The notes beneath the pieces are model-generated. The model saw only the letters and a program-made list of their open reading frames with translations. It was not told where the DNA came from and ran no database searches. The position numbers and the translations under genes were made by a program. 64,000 bases of DNA from Candidatus Bathyarchaeota archaeon. Lineage in GTDB: Archaea; Thermoproteota; Bathyarchaeia; 40CM-2-53-6. How positions within the stretch are numbered: the first letter of the stretch is position 1; each line of letters begins with the position of its first letter. This document shows, piece after piece, positions 8,544 through 18,237 of this stretch. The DNA lies in NCBI GenBank assembly GCA_963783645.1, contig CAWAOH010000014.1, positions 66,236 to 130,235 of the forward strand, in the 5' to 3' direction.

Positions 8544-9117
8544 ATGGCGCATCATAATTGCTCTTCGAAGTGCCAGGACTGAGTGAAAGGTCTGGATTTC
8601 AGCATTCCATGGAACTGCTGACGCACGCAATTACGGAATTTCAGGCTGCGTTTCCTAATGTAACTGTTCAGCTATTCGATCTCGATAGGGTTGCAGGTTC
8701 GCGTCACTTGTTGCTAGCAACTATCAATGCGGTGAAATCATATGATTCCAAGCGGCGCATTTCTCGATCTTTAGGCATGGAGATTCTTCTTTTCGTTTCG
8801 GGGACTAGGCAGATATCTGAAGCGGTCAAGCGTGTAGGGATTAGTCCCGAAACGTCCTAACAGCAGCGTCTGGTTGTCTTGCCATCGGCCGATGATCACT
8901 CCAAGGTGACGGATTACCTGGCGGGAGTCTTCAAAGAGAAGGATGATGATTCGCTCCTGGACCAATGGACCAGTCGACGGAAGTCAACGGAAGTGAGAGA
9001 ACATTCGGAATTGGAGATAAGGAGTTGAAGGCAACCATAAGACAGGATGAGAAAACGGAGAAAGCGATCGAAAGACTGGTAATTGAAAGATCAGCTATGC
9101 TTGCAATCGTGAAGTGA
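8544..9117 (+). pseudogene. cgi121: KEOPS subunit Cgi121, multiply disrupted
   Basis: The core (LLLATINAVKSYDSKRRISRSLGMEILLFVSGTRQISEAVKRVGI) matches Cgi121. The protein continues through an in-frame TAA (8858-8860) into QRLVVL...DDDSLLD. It then shifts frame (about 8965-8990) into RTFGIGDKEL...AIERLVIERSAMLAIVK. The likely first strand (RIIIALRSAR) lies in yet another frame, with shifts at about 8550 and 8578. Confidence 0.75.
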
Positions 9118-9644
9118 CTAACTTGATTCTTTTCTCACGTTCGACGGATAATATATCAGTTGGCGTGATGACCGCCAGGCCTGCAAGCTCGCCTATGATC
9201 TCGATCAGAGAATTTTATCAGGGGTTTCGAGTTCCACAACTCGATCAATCTTCTTTGCGACTGTGTCAATGATGGCCTTGCTCGACAAGGCAGTATGACG
9301 TTTCTCGACAGTTATTCTGAACTTTTCGTTTGCGCGATCTCACTTGCAATCGTGACTGCTCCGTTCTGAATCTCAGAAATTTGGGCAGGCAAAACGCGTT
9401 GGATAGGAACGATCTTCAGCGTATACTTGAACTCCCATGGTCTCTGTCGGAAAAGTTCTCGAAGACCCTGGATTGCTTTAATGGGATCCAGCTTAGTCTT
9501 AGCGACTACAAGTCCGATGACAGGAGTAGTCTCAATATTTGAGCCACGATCCCCAACTTCGCCTAGAAGATACCACATCTCGCTGCAAGTGTTCTTCTCG
9601 TTTCCCCTACTTGTAGAGACCATTAAGTTGAAATCAGTTAGCAA
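9095..9644 (-). pseudogene. Small archaeal THUMP-domain protein, two frameshifts
   Basis: The N-terminal part (FNLMVSTSRGNEKNTCSEMWYLLGEVGD) is ORF 9312..9644. It continues in other frames as EKFRITVEKRHTALSSKAIIDTVAKKIDRVVELETPDKI and then LIEIIGELAGLAVITPTDILSVEREKRIK. Shifts are at about 9325 and 9205. Confidence 0.7.
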
Positions 9645-9696
9645 AGGAAATACTCCGGAATTGTCACCTTGTGAAGGGCCGTTTAATAGCGCTATC

Positions 9697-10311
9697 TTAG
9701 TTCCTATTTCTGAGGCATTTCAGTAGTGCCTCTTGAGGAATCGGTCCTTCGCGGAGAACAACGAAGTTGCTACTGAGATCGATTACAGTCGAAGCTACAC
9801 CAAGCATGGTCTTACCTCCATCAACTACCATGTCAATCCGATCCCCTAGGTCCCTAACGACCTCTTCCGCTGTAGTAGCAGGAGTCTTTCCAGTCTGGTT
9901 TGCACTCGTTCCAATAAGGCGTCCTGAACACAAACCCAGCAAACTAAGACAAATGGGATGTTTCGGAGAACGAACTCCGACCGTCCCTGAGGGAGCAAGG
10001 ATTGATGGAACAAGGGTTTTGGCCTTTAGAACCATTGTCAATGGTCCTGGCCAAAATTTTTCAGCTAGTTTAATCGCCTTCTCTGAGAAGTCAGCAATTC
10101 TCTGGCCGTCTTGTAATGTCTTAACTAGGACAGGCAAAGGTTTCTTGCGATTTCCCTTTACCCTCATCACACGCTCTATCGAATGCGGTGCGAATGGATC
10201 GCAACCGAGACCATAGACGGTTTCAGTTGGATAACTAACGATTCCGCCTCCTGCAATAATCTTGGATGCTGCTGCGAGACCGTCTATATCGGCTTTCACG
10301 ACGCGAACCAC
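9697..10311 (-). CDS. sua5: L-threonylcarbamoyladenylate synthase, YrdC/Sua5 family (short, YrdC-domain-only form)
   Basis: 204 aa. GGIVSYPTETVYGLGCDPF, KGNRKKPLPVLV and GTSANQTGK are hallmark YrdC motifs. Confidence 0.9.
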   Translation of the reverse strand: MVRVVKADIDGLAAASKIIAGGGIVSYPTETVYGLGCDPFAPHSIERVMRVKGNRKKPLPVLVKTLQDGQRIADFSEKAIKLAEKFWPGPLTMVLKAKTLVPSILAPSGTVGVRSPKHPICLSLLGLCSGRLIGTSANQTGKTPATTAEEVVRDLGDRIDMVVDGGKTMLGVASTVIDLSSNFVVLREGPIPQEALLKCLRNRN

Positions 10312-10396
10312 GAATATCGCCAGAACTCAATCCCACTAAACTCCAAACTGCTTAAAGACCAGTCGGTCTTCGGGAGAAGTTCGTGACCTGAAGAAT

Positions 10397-11332
10397 ATGA
10401 CCGCGGAAATTGTTGTACACGGTGGCGCAGGCTTTTGGCGTAACGATCTGCAACGCGGGCTCAAAGGCGTCGTCTCCGCAGCCAGAACGGGTTCGGATAA
10501 TCTCAAGCAAGGTCGAACAGCGTTAGACGCTGTAGAATCAGCTGTTATGGTAATGGAGGATGACGAAATATTCAACGCAGGGCGCGGCTCCTCTCTTACA
10601 CTACTGGGAACCGTAGAAATGGACGCTGCAATTATGGATGGTAGAGATCTTTCCGCGGGTGCAGTAGCTTTAGTTCGTGACGTGAAGAACCCCATTCGAC
10701 TGGCTCGTCTGGTCATGGAAAGAACCGATCATGTCCTGATCGCAGGGAAAACAGCAGAGCGACTAGCGGACGAATTCTCGCTTCCAAAATGCAATCCAAT
10801 AACTGCTAGACGTCGCAGAATGTTCTTGGAATTAAAGAAGGCATCAAGGAGTCATCCCACAAAGAACACTCTGTTACTTCGTAACTACCCAGACATTCTA
10901 GCAGACACCGTCGGAGCCATCGCCTTAGATGAAGACGGCAATTTCGCTGCGGCCGTGTCCACTGGTGGAATAACTCTGAAGATTCCGGGAAGGATAGGCG
11001 ATACCCCGCAAATTGGGGCAGGAATCTATGCTGACAACCGAGCGGGTGCAGCGACCGCAACCGGCCTCGGGGAAGTGGCAATCAAGTTAGTGTTGTCTAG
11101 GCTAGTTTGCACCATGATGGAGGAGGGGCTCTCCGCGGCCACCGCCAACGCTCGCGCAATAAGGTCCGCCACAAGACTATTGCGTGGTCAGGCAGGTGTC
11201 ATTTCCATAGATAGGCGCGGAAGGATTGCCGCCGCACACAATACAAAATTCATGCCATGGGCTTACTCAACCGCTAGGATGAAAATGCCCAAAGGATACA
11301 TCCGGGGCAGGATCGTCGACTTGCTAAGTTGA
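10397..11332 (+). CDS. Isoaspartyl peptidase / plant-type L-asparaginase (Ntn hydrolase)
   Basis: 311 aa. HGGAG N-terminus, DTVGAIALD (autocleavage Thr) and GRIGDTPQIGAGIYAD. Confidence 0.9.
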   Translation: MTAEIVVHGGAGFWRNDLQRGLKGVVSAARTGSDNLKQGRTALDAVESAVMVMEDDEIFNAGRGSSLTLLGTVEMDAAIMDGRDLSAGAVALVRDVKNPIRLARLVMERTDHVLIAGKTAERLADEFSLPKCNPITARRRRMFLELKKASRSHPTKNTLLLRNYPDILADTVGAIALDEDGNFAAAVSTGGITLKIPGRIGDTPQIGAGIYADNRAGAATATGLGEVAIKLVLSRLVCTMMEEGLSAATANARAIRSATRLLRGQAGVISIDRRGRIAAAHNTKFMPWAYSTARMKMPKGYIRGRIVDLLS

Positions 11333-11429
11333 GTCTGGATAACAAGAAATGTGTCTTAGAATCAGCCAAAAGACTTAAAATTCCACACATGGGGGGTTAC
11401 GCTAGCCTTTAGCTCCGGAGATTTTTCTA

Positions 11430-11531
11430 GTGACCGAAGAAGACGATAGCTGGGACAACGGCGAAGAGGATGATTGGACCGACGATGAGTGGGGCGAGGA
11501 TGAGGGCTGGGGAGAGGACGAAGATTGGTGA
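11430..11531 (+). CDS. Candidate micro-ORF encoding a 33-aa acidic, Trp-periodic peptide
   Basis: A GTG start about 10 nt after GGAG. It encodes (M)TEEDDSWDNGEEDDWTDDEWGEDEGWGEDEDW. Below the ORF-track cutoff, and an antisense 65-aa ORF also exists. Confidence 0.25.
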   Translation: MTEEDDSWDNGEEDDWTDDEWGEDEGWGEDEDW

Positions 11532-11608
11532 AGGAGAAGGCCGGCCCAATACATTTCATCTTTTAGACTGCCCAAAAATTCCTATTCTGTAAGGAGAGAT
11601 TCTGGAGA

Positions 11609-13385
11609 ATGATACGAGTAGCCGTACTTGACAAGGAGCATTGCAAACCGGATGATTGTGGAATACCCTGCTATCGCTTCTGCCCGGAAGTGCTGAACAG
11701 AAGTTACGCGATCAGATTCGTGGAGGGGGAGAAGAAGCCTATCATAGACGAGGATCTCTGCACAGGCTGCGGAATATGCATTAAGAAGTGCCCCTTCGAT
11801 GCAATAAGCATCGTTAAACTCCCCCAAGAACTCGATGGGGAATGCATCCACAGTTTTGGCGTGAACGAATTCAAGTTGTTTAGACTACCCGTTCCACGAG
11901 CCGGGATCGTAACAGGCCTCATAGGAAGAAACGGCACTGGAAAGAGCACCGCTCTTCGAATACTATCTGGCGAGCTTACGCCGAACTTCGGAACCCCAGA
12001 AGCGCACCACGATTGGGAGTTTGTAATCACACGGTATCGTGGAACATTGCTGCATGACTATTTTGGGAAAATCGCAGAAAAGGAACTCAAAGTTGTTCAC
12101 AAACCGCAACACGTTGATAAGATCAGTTCCATGCCCAAAGGCACTGTCCGTCAACTTCTCCGCAAAATTGATGAGCGCGCCAAACTAGACGAACTCGTTC
12201 ATGAACTCGAACTTGAAGAATTGCTCGAAACGCGATCCAAAGGTGCTGAGCGGCGGAGAGCTCCAACGTGTTGCAATAGCGGCTGCTATTAGCAGAAACG
12301 CTGACGTTTACGTCTTTGATGAACCATCAAGCCACTTGGACGTATACCAGCGTATCAGAGCTGCACGAAGCATTCGGAAACTAGTTGCAGAAAATAAGGC
12401 GGTTTTGGTGGCTGAGCACGATCTGGCAATGCTTGACTACTTGTCAGATGAAGTATACTTGCTGTACGGACAACCTAGCACGTACGGCGTCGTGTCTCAT
12501 GTCCATCCGACTAGAGGGGGCATCAACGAGTACATCGATGGCTACCTACCTGATGAGAACATGCGCTTCAGGGATGACCCTATCCGTTTTCACGTAAGAC
12601 CACCACGTGAGATTGGGTATCCGCCAGACACAAAGCTGGAATGGCCAACCATAATCAAGACGGCAGGTAGTTTCCAACTCAAAGTAGAACCAGGAAGCAT
12701 CAACGCTGGAGAAATCATAGGCATAGTCGGCGCAAACGGAATTGGGAAGACCACGTTCATAAAAGAACTCGTCGATTACTACACGAAAACATCTCAAAAT
12801 CAACTTGAAGTAAGCTACAAACCCCAATACATTTCATCCGAGTACGATGGCACCGTCGATGAACTCTTAGCGACTATAGCGAACGATACATCATCCATGT
12901 TTGCGCAAGAGGTGCTGCGGAATCTCACAATCAACAAGCTGAAAGATAGAAAGGTGTCTGCTCTCAGCGGTGGGGAACTACAAAGAGTTGTAATCGCTGC
13001 TTGCTTAGGGAAAACGGCGCAAGTTTACTTACTCGATGAACCGAGCGCTTTCTTGGACATTGAAGAGAGACTCACCGTCGCGAATGCCTTGAGACATATC
13101 ATTGACTCTAGGCAGGCTTTTGCGTTTGTTGTGGAACACGATATCGTTGCGCAAGACTTTCTCGCAGACCGCATAATGGTCTTCAAAGGTCAACCAGGAC
13201 GATATGGTTCGGCCTCAGAGCCACAATCTCTTCGTGAAGCAATGAATGCATTTCTCGCAGATATGGAAATCACGTTCAGACGTGACCCTGAAACAAAGCG
13301 CCCGAGGATTAACAAGCAGGGAAGCAAATTGGACAAGGAGCAAAAGGATGCTGGAGAGTTCTACTATGTTTCTGGATCAGACTAA
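11609..13385 (+). CDS. abce1: ABCE1 / RNase L inhibitor (ribosome recycling ATPase), interrupted by one frameshift
   Basis: Contains the FeS domain (CKPDDCGIPCYRFCP...CTGCGICIKKCP) and two ABC cassettes (GRNGTGKS, LSGGELQRV twice). ORFs 11609..12292 and 12201..13385 join at about 12235 (ELEELLETR / DPKVLSGGELQ). Confidence 0.92.
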
Positions 13386-13444
13386 CCGGACTACAGGTTT
13401 AACTAGCGCGATTTAGCCTTAGAGTCGAGGAGAGAAAAATTCAA

Positions 13445-13657
13445 GTGACAACCAACTATTGCTTGGAATGCGGTGGAGTACTCTCCTACGATAGCGCACT
13501 CAAACTCTACACGTGTCGGAGTTGCGGTCTCACAGTGAATTCCCAGCAATTGATGGAAGGAAGAAACAAAATACGTGACCGTGAATCGCCAGAAGACCAA
13601 CATAAACGCAAACAGGACGAATACTTGAAATGGTGGCTCTCCAAGAAAGCTGACTAA
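13445..13657 (+). CDS. Small zinc-ribbon protein
   Basis: 70 aa. CLECGG...CRSCG ribbon followed by a basic helical tail. GTG start. Confidence 0.55.
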   Translation: MTTNYCLECGGVLSYDSALKLYTCRSCGLTVNSQQLMEGRNKIRDRESPEDQHKRKQDEYLKWWLSKKAD

Positions 13658-13671
13658 GTTTTCGTTCTATT

Positions 13672-14489
13672 TTGCCAAAGGTAAAGAAGTGTACTCTCGA
13701 AATAATTTCGATCGGAAATGAACTTCTCCTAGGCAACACCATCAATACTAACGCGTCTTGGATTGTGGCAAGAGCCACGGAGGAGGGCGCCTACGTTACC
13801 CGGATCACCACAGTCAGCGATCGCCTAGATGAAATCATAAACGCAGTTCGAGACTCCATTCGAAGGAAACCCAATTACATTATCACAACTGGTGGTATTG
13901 GACCCACTTTTGATGATATGACCATTAAAGCAGTTGCCAAAGCCGTTCGGCAGAAGCTAAGAGTCGACTCAACGGCGCTTGCAATGATAAAGCGACATTA
14001 CTCAGACAGGTTTCCAAGCCCGATGAAAATAACCAAGGCTCGTCTCAAGATGGCAATCTTACCTGTACATGGCATTGCTGTAGCCAATCCGGTTGGAACA
14101 GCCCCCGCAGTAATGATAAGAGCAAGAGGACAAACGCTGCTATTCTGTCTCCCTGGAGTCCCACGTAAGCTTGCGCAATATTCAAGAAGACTATCGCCGT
14201 GCGAATCCGACTGAAAACTACGCGCACTAGATTCATCGAGCGATGGATCAAAGTCATCGGGATCTTAGAGTCGACACTCGCGCCTTTGATTGACCAAGCC
14301 ATGCATCGTTGGCCGAATGTGTACATCAAGTCACATCCTCGAGGATTTGAAGGACAAGACATCCCGCATATCGACCTTCACTTCTCAAAATTCTCATCAG
14401 ACTCTAAACCAACTGAGAACGATGTCTCTGCATCAGTCGATTTCATGACTATGAAGCTACGAGGCTTAAATGCCAGAATCCGCATGTGA
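13672..14489 (+). CDS. CinA N-terminal/MoaB-Mog-type molybdopterin-binding domain protein, one frameshift
   Basis: IISIGNELLLGNTINTNASWI...TTGGIGPTFDDMT...CLPGVPRK, then continues in another frame as AIFKKTIAVRIRL...FIERWIKVIGILESTLAPLID. Junction at about 14170. Confidence 0.8.
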
Positions 14490-14502
14490 ACCTAGGCTAC
14501 GC

Positions 14503-15267
14503 ATGTCACATATCGTCTTCATGGTCGGCATGGCTGGATCGGGTAAATCTGCGTTAACAGGCGCCTACCTGGACTGGCTTAGAGGTCAAGATCAAGATGT
14601 TATATCACTGAACCTCGACCCGGGGGTGACCAGTTTGCCATACAATCCGGATATTGACGCAAGAAACTACGTCGATATCCAGCAACTTATGGTGGACTAC
14701 AGTCTTGGGCCCAATGGGGCACTGATAATGGCTTCCGATCTTCTTGCCGATCACCTGGAGGAGATACGGAAGGAAATTGATGAATCGAATCCGGACTTGA
14801 TAATTGCAGACACGCCGGGACAAATTGAGTTGTTCGCTTTTCGAGAAGGAGGCCGGTTCATAGCTAACGATCTTCCTGAGGATAATTGCGCAATCATCTA
14901 TCTTATGGATTGTCCGTTTACACGATCGCCGCTCAACTTCATTTCTAACTTGTATCTCGCCGCAGCAATATATAGCCGGGTAATGAAACCGCAAATATAT
15001 GCACTGTCGAAAAGTGACCTTGTATCAGAGGAGGAGATAGACTCCATAGTGAGGTGGTCTACTGAGCCTGAAACCTTCGATCAAGCGTTGCTGTCTGTTG
15101 AGGATAAGAACATGTCGCTGATAACAAGAAGCCTCGCCAACGCAGTATTCGCGACAGGACTCATGACAGAACCGATTCCGGTTTCGGCAAAGGACAATTC
15201 AGGACTTCTCGAATTGAATGCAGCAGTCACCCGCATCATATCCGGCGGCCAGGAACCAACGTCATGA
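14503..15267 (+). CDS. GPN-loop GTPase
   Basis: MVGMAGSGKS P-loop, SLGPNGALIM (GPN motif) and DTPGQIELF. The likely start is the ATG at 14503 inside ORF 14470..15267. Confidence 0.9.
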   Translation: MSHIVFMVGMAGSGKSALTGAYLDWLRGQDQDVISLNLDPGVTSLPYNPDIDARNYVDIQQLMVDYSLGPNGALIMASDLLADHLEEIRKEIDESNPDLIIADTPGQIELFAFREGGRFIANDLPEDNCAIIYLMDCPFTRSPLNFISNLYLAAAIYSRVMKPQIYALSKSDLVSEEEIDSIVRWSTEPETFDQALLSVEDKNMSLITRSLANAVFATGLMTEPIPVSAKDNSGLLELNAAVTRIISGGQEPTS

Positions 15268-15570
15268 GCATGCAATACATGCGCAAGGCATTAATTAGGG
15301 TCCGCGTAGATTCTGCGCACTCGCAAATTGCGGATTGGCTTTGAATATCACAAAACTTTCACTTATTGTCTTAATTTCGGAGATTGCGCCGAGGAATACA
15401 CAAACTGTCACCCACGAGCACATTACGCCGAGCCCTTCGAAGGGCATTTTACTGAGTAACTTCGAATTAAGCGGATTGAATTCAGGCCAATTCATCATGG
15501 GCAAGCTTGGCTTGTTGAGGACAGAGAGAAGTACGAATCCGCATAAAAACACCGAGAGATTGTAAAGAGT

Positions 15571-16474
15571 ATGGAATCTAACACTGTCACCGAAACTTCA
15601 CCAGACCTCTTGTATAGCGAACTGGAGAATCTTAGTAACTGCGAATTCCGGCAAAAAACGGGAGATTAGTGAGCTCAGGCAAGAAATCGAATCAGCCGTA
15701 AGAGACCGCGATCAACTCAATGGTGAAGTTAAGACCGTTGCTGATGAGATTAAGATTCTCAGATCCAAAAGGGATTCCTTGAACACTAAGGTAAAGGAGC
15801 TCAAACTGAAACGCGACGAATTGAGAATAGCCGCCACTAAGAAACGCCAGACATTATCCCAATTACTCGAGCAAGCCCAGCATACATCTGAGAAGTTACA
15901 GGGTAACATGTCAGACCTGATGAAACAAATAGCCCGCTTAGAATGGCAGATTCAGACTACAATTCTAGCACCTAAGACTGAAAGGAGCATTATCGGGAGG
16001 ATAGCAGAGCTTGAGGTGGACCTAGGAAAGCACAAGGGATTGAAGAACGTCAGGGATCGACTGCTTAAACTGAGGGTGGAAGTGGGGGCACTCCGGATTC
16101 AGGCACAATCAACCCACGAAGAGCTTACGCACCTAGCAGAAGAAAGTGAAAAAGTCCATAATGAGATGCAAGAGAAAGTTAGAAGTCTAAGTGAGAAAAA
16201 GAAGGAAGCAGATGCAAAGCACACCGCCTTCCTAGAAAAGAGCAAGCAACGAATGGAAACTATCATTTCACTCAAGAATAACATTGCTCGAATCGATCAG
16301 ATCCGTACTCAAATCGGGTACATTAAAACCTCTTCCAGGAGCGACAAGGCAGAGAAAGTGAAATCAAAGTACAAGGAGGCTGCGGAAGAGAAAATGAGGA
16401 CAGGCGGGAAGCTCTCCTTTGAGGAATTCCAAGCGTTGATGTCTGACAGTGCGACAGAGGGAGAAGAGGAATAA
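15571..16474 (+). CDS. Archaeal coiled-coil protein (COG1340-like), frameshift in an A6 run
   Basis: The ATG at 15571 opens frame 1 (MESNTVTETSPDLLYSELENLSNCEFRQK), which dies at 15667-15669. The heptad-rich ORF continues in frame 2 (REISELRQEIESAVRDRDQLNGEVK...). Removing one A from the run at 15653-15658 restores one ORF. Confidence 0.75.
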
Positions 16475-16495
16475 TGATTAGCGAAGCGAACGACA

Positions 16496-17269
16496 ATGCC
16501 GAGAATCGCAATAATCGGCGGTAGCGGCCTCGAAGGACTTCTGCAAGGTTCTCGACTCGTACGCATAGGCACTCCGTACGGCCCCGCTCCTCCGATAACC
16601 TTGGGTAAGACAGGAAAAGAAGAAATCGCATTCCTCCCTCGACACGGACCCAAACACGACCTTCCTCCACATAAGGTGAATTACCGCGGCAACCTGTACG
16701 CACTCAAGCAACTTGGCGTGGAACGGATAATCGCAACCAACGCAGTCGGAAGCATAAACTCCGAATACGCTCCTGGAGATCTTGCGGTTCCTGAAGACAT
16801 TATAGATATGACAAAATCGAGACCCACAACTTTCTTTGACGGGATCCCAGTCACGCATGTTGACCTTTCTCAACCATATTGTCCAGAGACCCGCAGAGTA
16901 CTAATAGACTCATCTAAGCATGTGGAAGCTAAGACGTGGACGAACTCGGTGTTAGTTGCCACCGAGGGACCCAGGTATGAAACACCGGCTGAGATCCGAA
17001 TGCTCAGCGTATTGGGCGGTGACATAGTCGGAATGACAGGCGCTCCTGAAGCGTTCCTCGCCAGAGAACTCCAGATGTGCTACTCGACGCTATGTTTCAT
17101 ATCAAACCGAGCGGCAGGCAAACAGGAAAAACTTTCAGCGATTGAGGTAATGGAAGTGGGCAAGAGGATGATCCCCCAAATACTTACAATCCTGCAGAGA
17201 ACCGTTGAGAATATGCCAATCCCAAGGGAATGCCAGTGTAGTAGATCCAATGACCAAGCACAGGTGTGA
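16496..17269 (+). CDS. mtnP: S-methyl-5'-thioadenosine phosphorylase (PNP family)
   Basis: 257 aa. IAIIGGSG...FLPRHG..H..PPHKVNYRGN...ATNAVGS...EGPRYETPAE...GMT. Confidence 0.9.
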   Translation: MPRIAIIGGSGLEGLLQGSRLVRIGTPYGPAPPITLGKTGKEEIAFLPRHGPKHDLPPHKVNYRGNLYALKQLGVERIIATNAVGSINSEYAPGDLAVPEDIIDMTKSRPTTFFDGIPVTHVDLSQPYCPETRRVLIDSSKHVEAKTWTNSVLVATEGPRYETPAEIRMLSVLGGDIVGMTGAPEAFLARELQMCYSTLCFISNRAAGKQEKLSAIEVMEVGKRMIPQILTILQRTVENMPIPRECQCSRSNDQAQV

Positions 17270-18054
17270 CCTTGCTACCTACCCTCCTCAAAACCATCGG
17301 CGCTTACACATTCTACGAGAAGTGGTTAGAGGGGGTCATTACATCCGGAGAGTTGCCGGAACATGTGGGCATAATATTAGACGGAAACAGAAGATGGGGA
17401 TTCGCAAAATACGGAGAACAACTAAACGGACACTTTCGTGGTGCTAGGACCGCCGAAGATTTCCTCATATGGTGCCTCGACCTTGGAATCCGCACCATCA
17501 CAATCTATGTTTTCTCCACCGAAAACTTCCAACGTCCACAGGAGGAAGTTGATGCCGTTCTATCGATAATAGAGGGCGAGGCAAAGAAACTACTGAAAGA
17601 TGACCGAATTCACAAGCATATGGTTCGCATCAAAGCCATCGGCCGCCTTGAACTCTTGCCAGAATCACTACGTACAGCCTTAAACGACGTAGAGAGAGCA
17701 ACAGCCCACTATAACAAACACTACCTCAACATAGCTGTAGCATATGGTGGAAGGGCCGAAATTGTCGACGCTGCCAAACGTATTATCGATGAAGTTCAGA
17801 GCGGCCTCTTGGACAAGAAGTCCGTCGACGAAGACATGTTCACCAAGTATCTATACACATCACATTTGCCGAATCCATACCCAGAATTGATCATTCGAAC
17901 ATCAGGTGAGGAAAGACTAAGCGGATTCTTGGTTTGGCAGTCTGCCTATAGCGAATTTGTCTTCCTAGACGTATACTGGCCCGAGTTTAGGCGCATCGAC
18001 CTGTTGCGGGCTGTTAGAACATACCAGAGACGAAAACGACGCTTCGGCACATAA
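17266..18054 (+). CDS. uppS: Undecaprenyl/di-trans,poly-cis-polyprenyl diphosphate synthase (cis-IPTase)
   Basis: 262 aa. HVGIILDGNRRWG, TIYVFSTENFQRP and IRTSGEERLSGFLVWQSAYSEF. Confidence 0.9.
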   Translation: MTLLPTLLKTIGAYTFYEKWLEGVITSGELPEHVGIILDGNRRWGFAKYGEQLNGHFRGARTAEDFLIWCLDLGIRTITIYVFSTENFQRPQEEVDAVLSIIEGEAKKLLKDDRIHKHMVRIKAIGRLELLPESLRTALNDVERATAHYNKHYLNIAVAYGGRAEIVDAAKRIIDEVQSGLLDKKSVDEDMFTKYLYTSHLPNPYPELIIRTSGEERLSGFLVWQSAYSEFVFLDVYWPEFRRIDLLRAVRTYQRRKRRFGT

Positions 18055-18237
18055 CGCAACTTTTAGGTGTAGCTGTCAAATCCATGCAACAGACATGTGC
18101 CAAATTTGACATAGTCAGATCCATACATTTGGGCACGAAAGTGTAACCAAGCCTTATCTTCGCTACTTCTAAGCATCCGGCCATTCACGTAAGACGCTAA
18201 AATTGCAATTTCGCGTCATAGTGACGAGTCTGGAAAA

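Noticed and set aside
8440-8586. 48-aa frame-1 ORF (MKQGRKGADIESVREILRKCNFSETIIDRLVSTCKWRIIIALRSARTE), considered as an independent small gene.
   Set aside because: It is better explained as the frameshifted C-terminal extension of the PRT gene running into the frameshifted N-terminal strand of Cgi121 (RIIIALRSAR).
8858-8860. The in-frame TAA in Cgi121, and the TGA at 2330-2332, considered as programmed readthrough or recoding.
   Set aside because: Both genes carry additional frameshifts. TAA and TGA are used as ordinary stops by neighbouring genes. No SECIS-like or other recoding context is evident. Error or decay is simpler.
8973-8992. Near-perfect 10-bp tandem duplication (GTCGACGGAA / GTCAACGGAA) in Cgi121, considered as the cause of its 3' frameshift.
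   Set aside because: Deleting either copy joins the upstream frame to the wrong downstream frame and creates a stop. The duplication therefore does not explain the shift, and a single-nt indel is sufficient.
10336-10716. Many 60-175-aa ORFs in the track lie antisense to or overlap strongly supported genes. Examples are 10336..10716, 16309..16873, 24133..25314, 33243..33734, 41195..41668 and 60027..60984.
   Set aside because: Each lies entirely within a gene that has clear family-level homology on the other strand or frame. Their sequences are low-complexity or Arg/Ser/Pro-rich, as expected for shadow ORFs.
8055-12245. GATC occurs at or next to several frameshift sites: PRT about 8060, both THUMP sites, ABCE1 about 12235, and near SMC about 18297. 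This hints at methylation-linked basecalling errors.
   Set aside because: Only about 5 of roughly 24 lesions show it. That is suggestive but not statistically solid by eye, and most other sites lack GATC. It is worth testing with reads but is not claimed.
15295-15565. Overlapping 85-aa (minus) and 76-aa (plus) ORFs in the gap between the GPN GTPase gene and the coiled-coil gene.
   Set aside because: The minus-strand ORF has two hydrophobic stretches and could be a small membrane protein. However, it would abut the divergent coiled-coil gene start with no promoter space, and neither ORF has recognisable homology.
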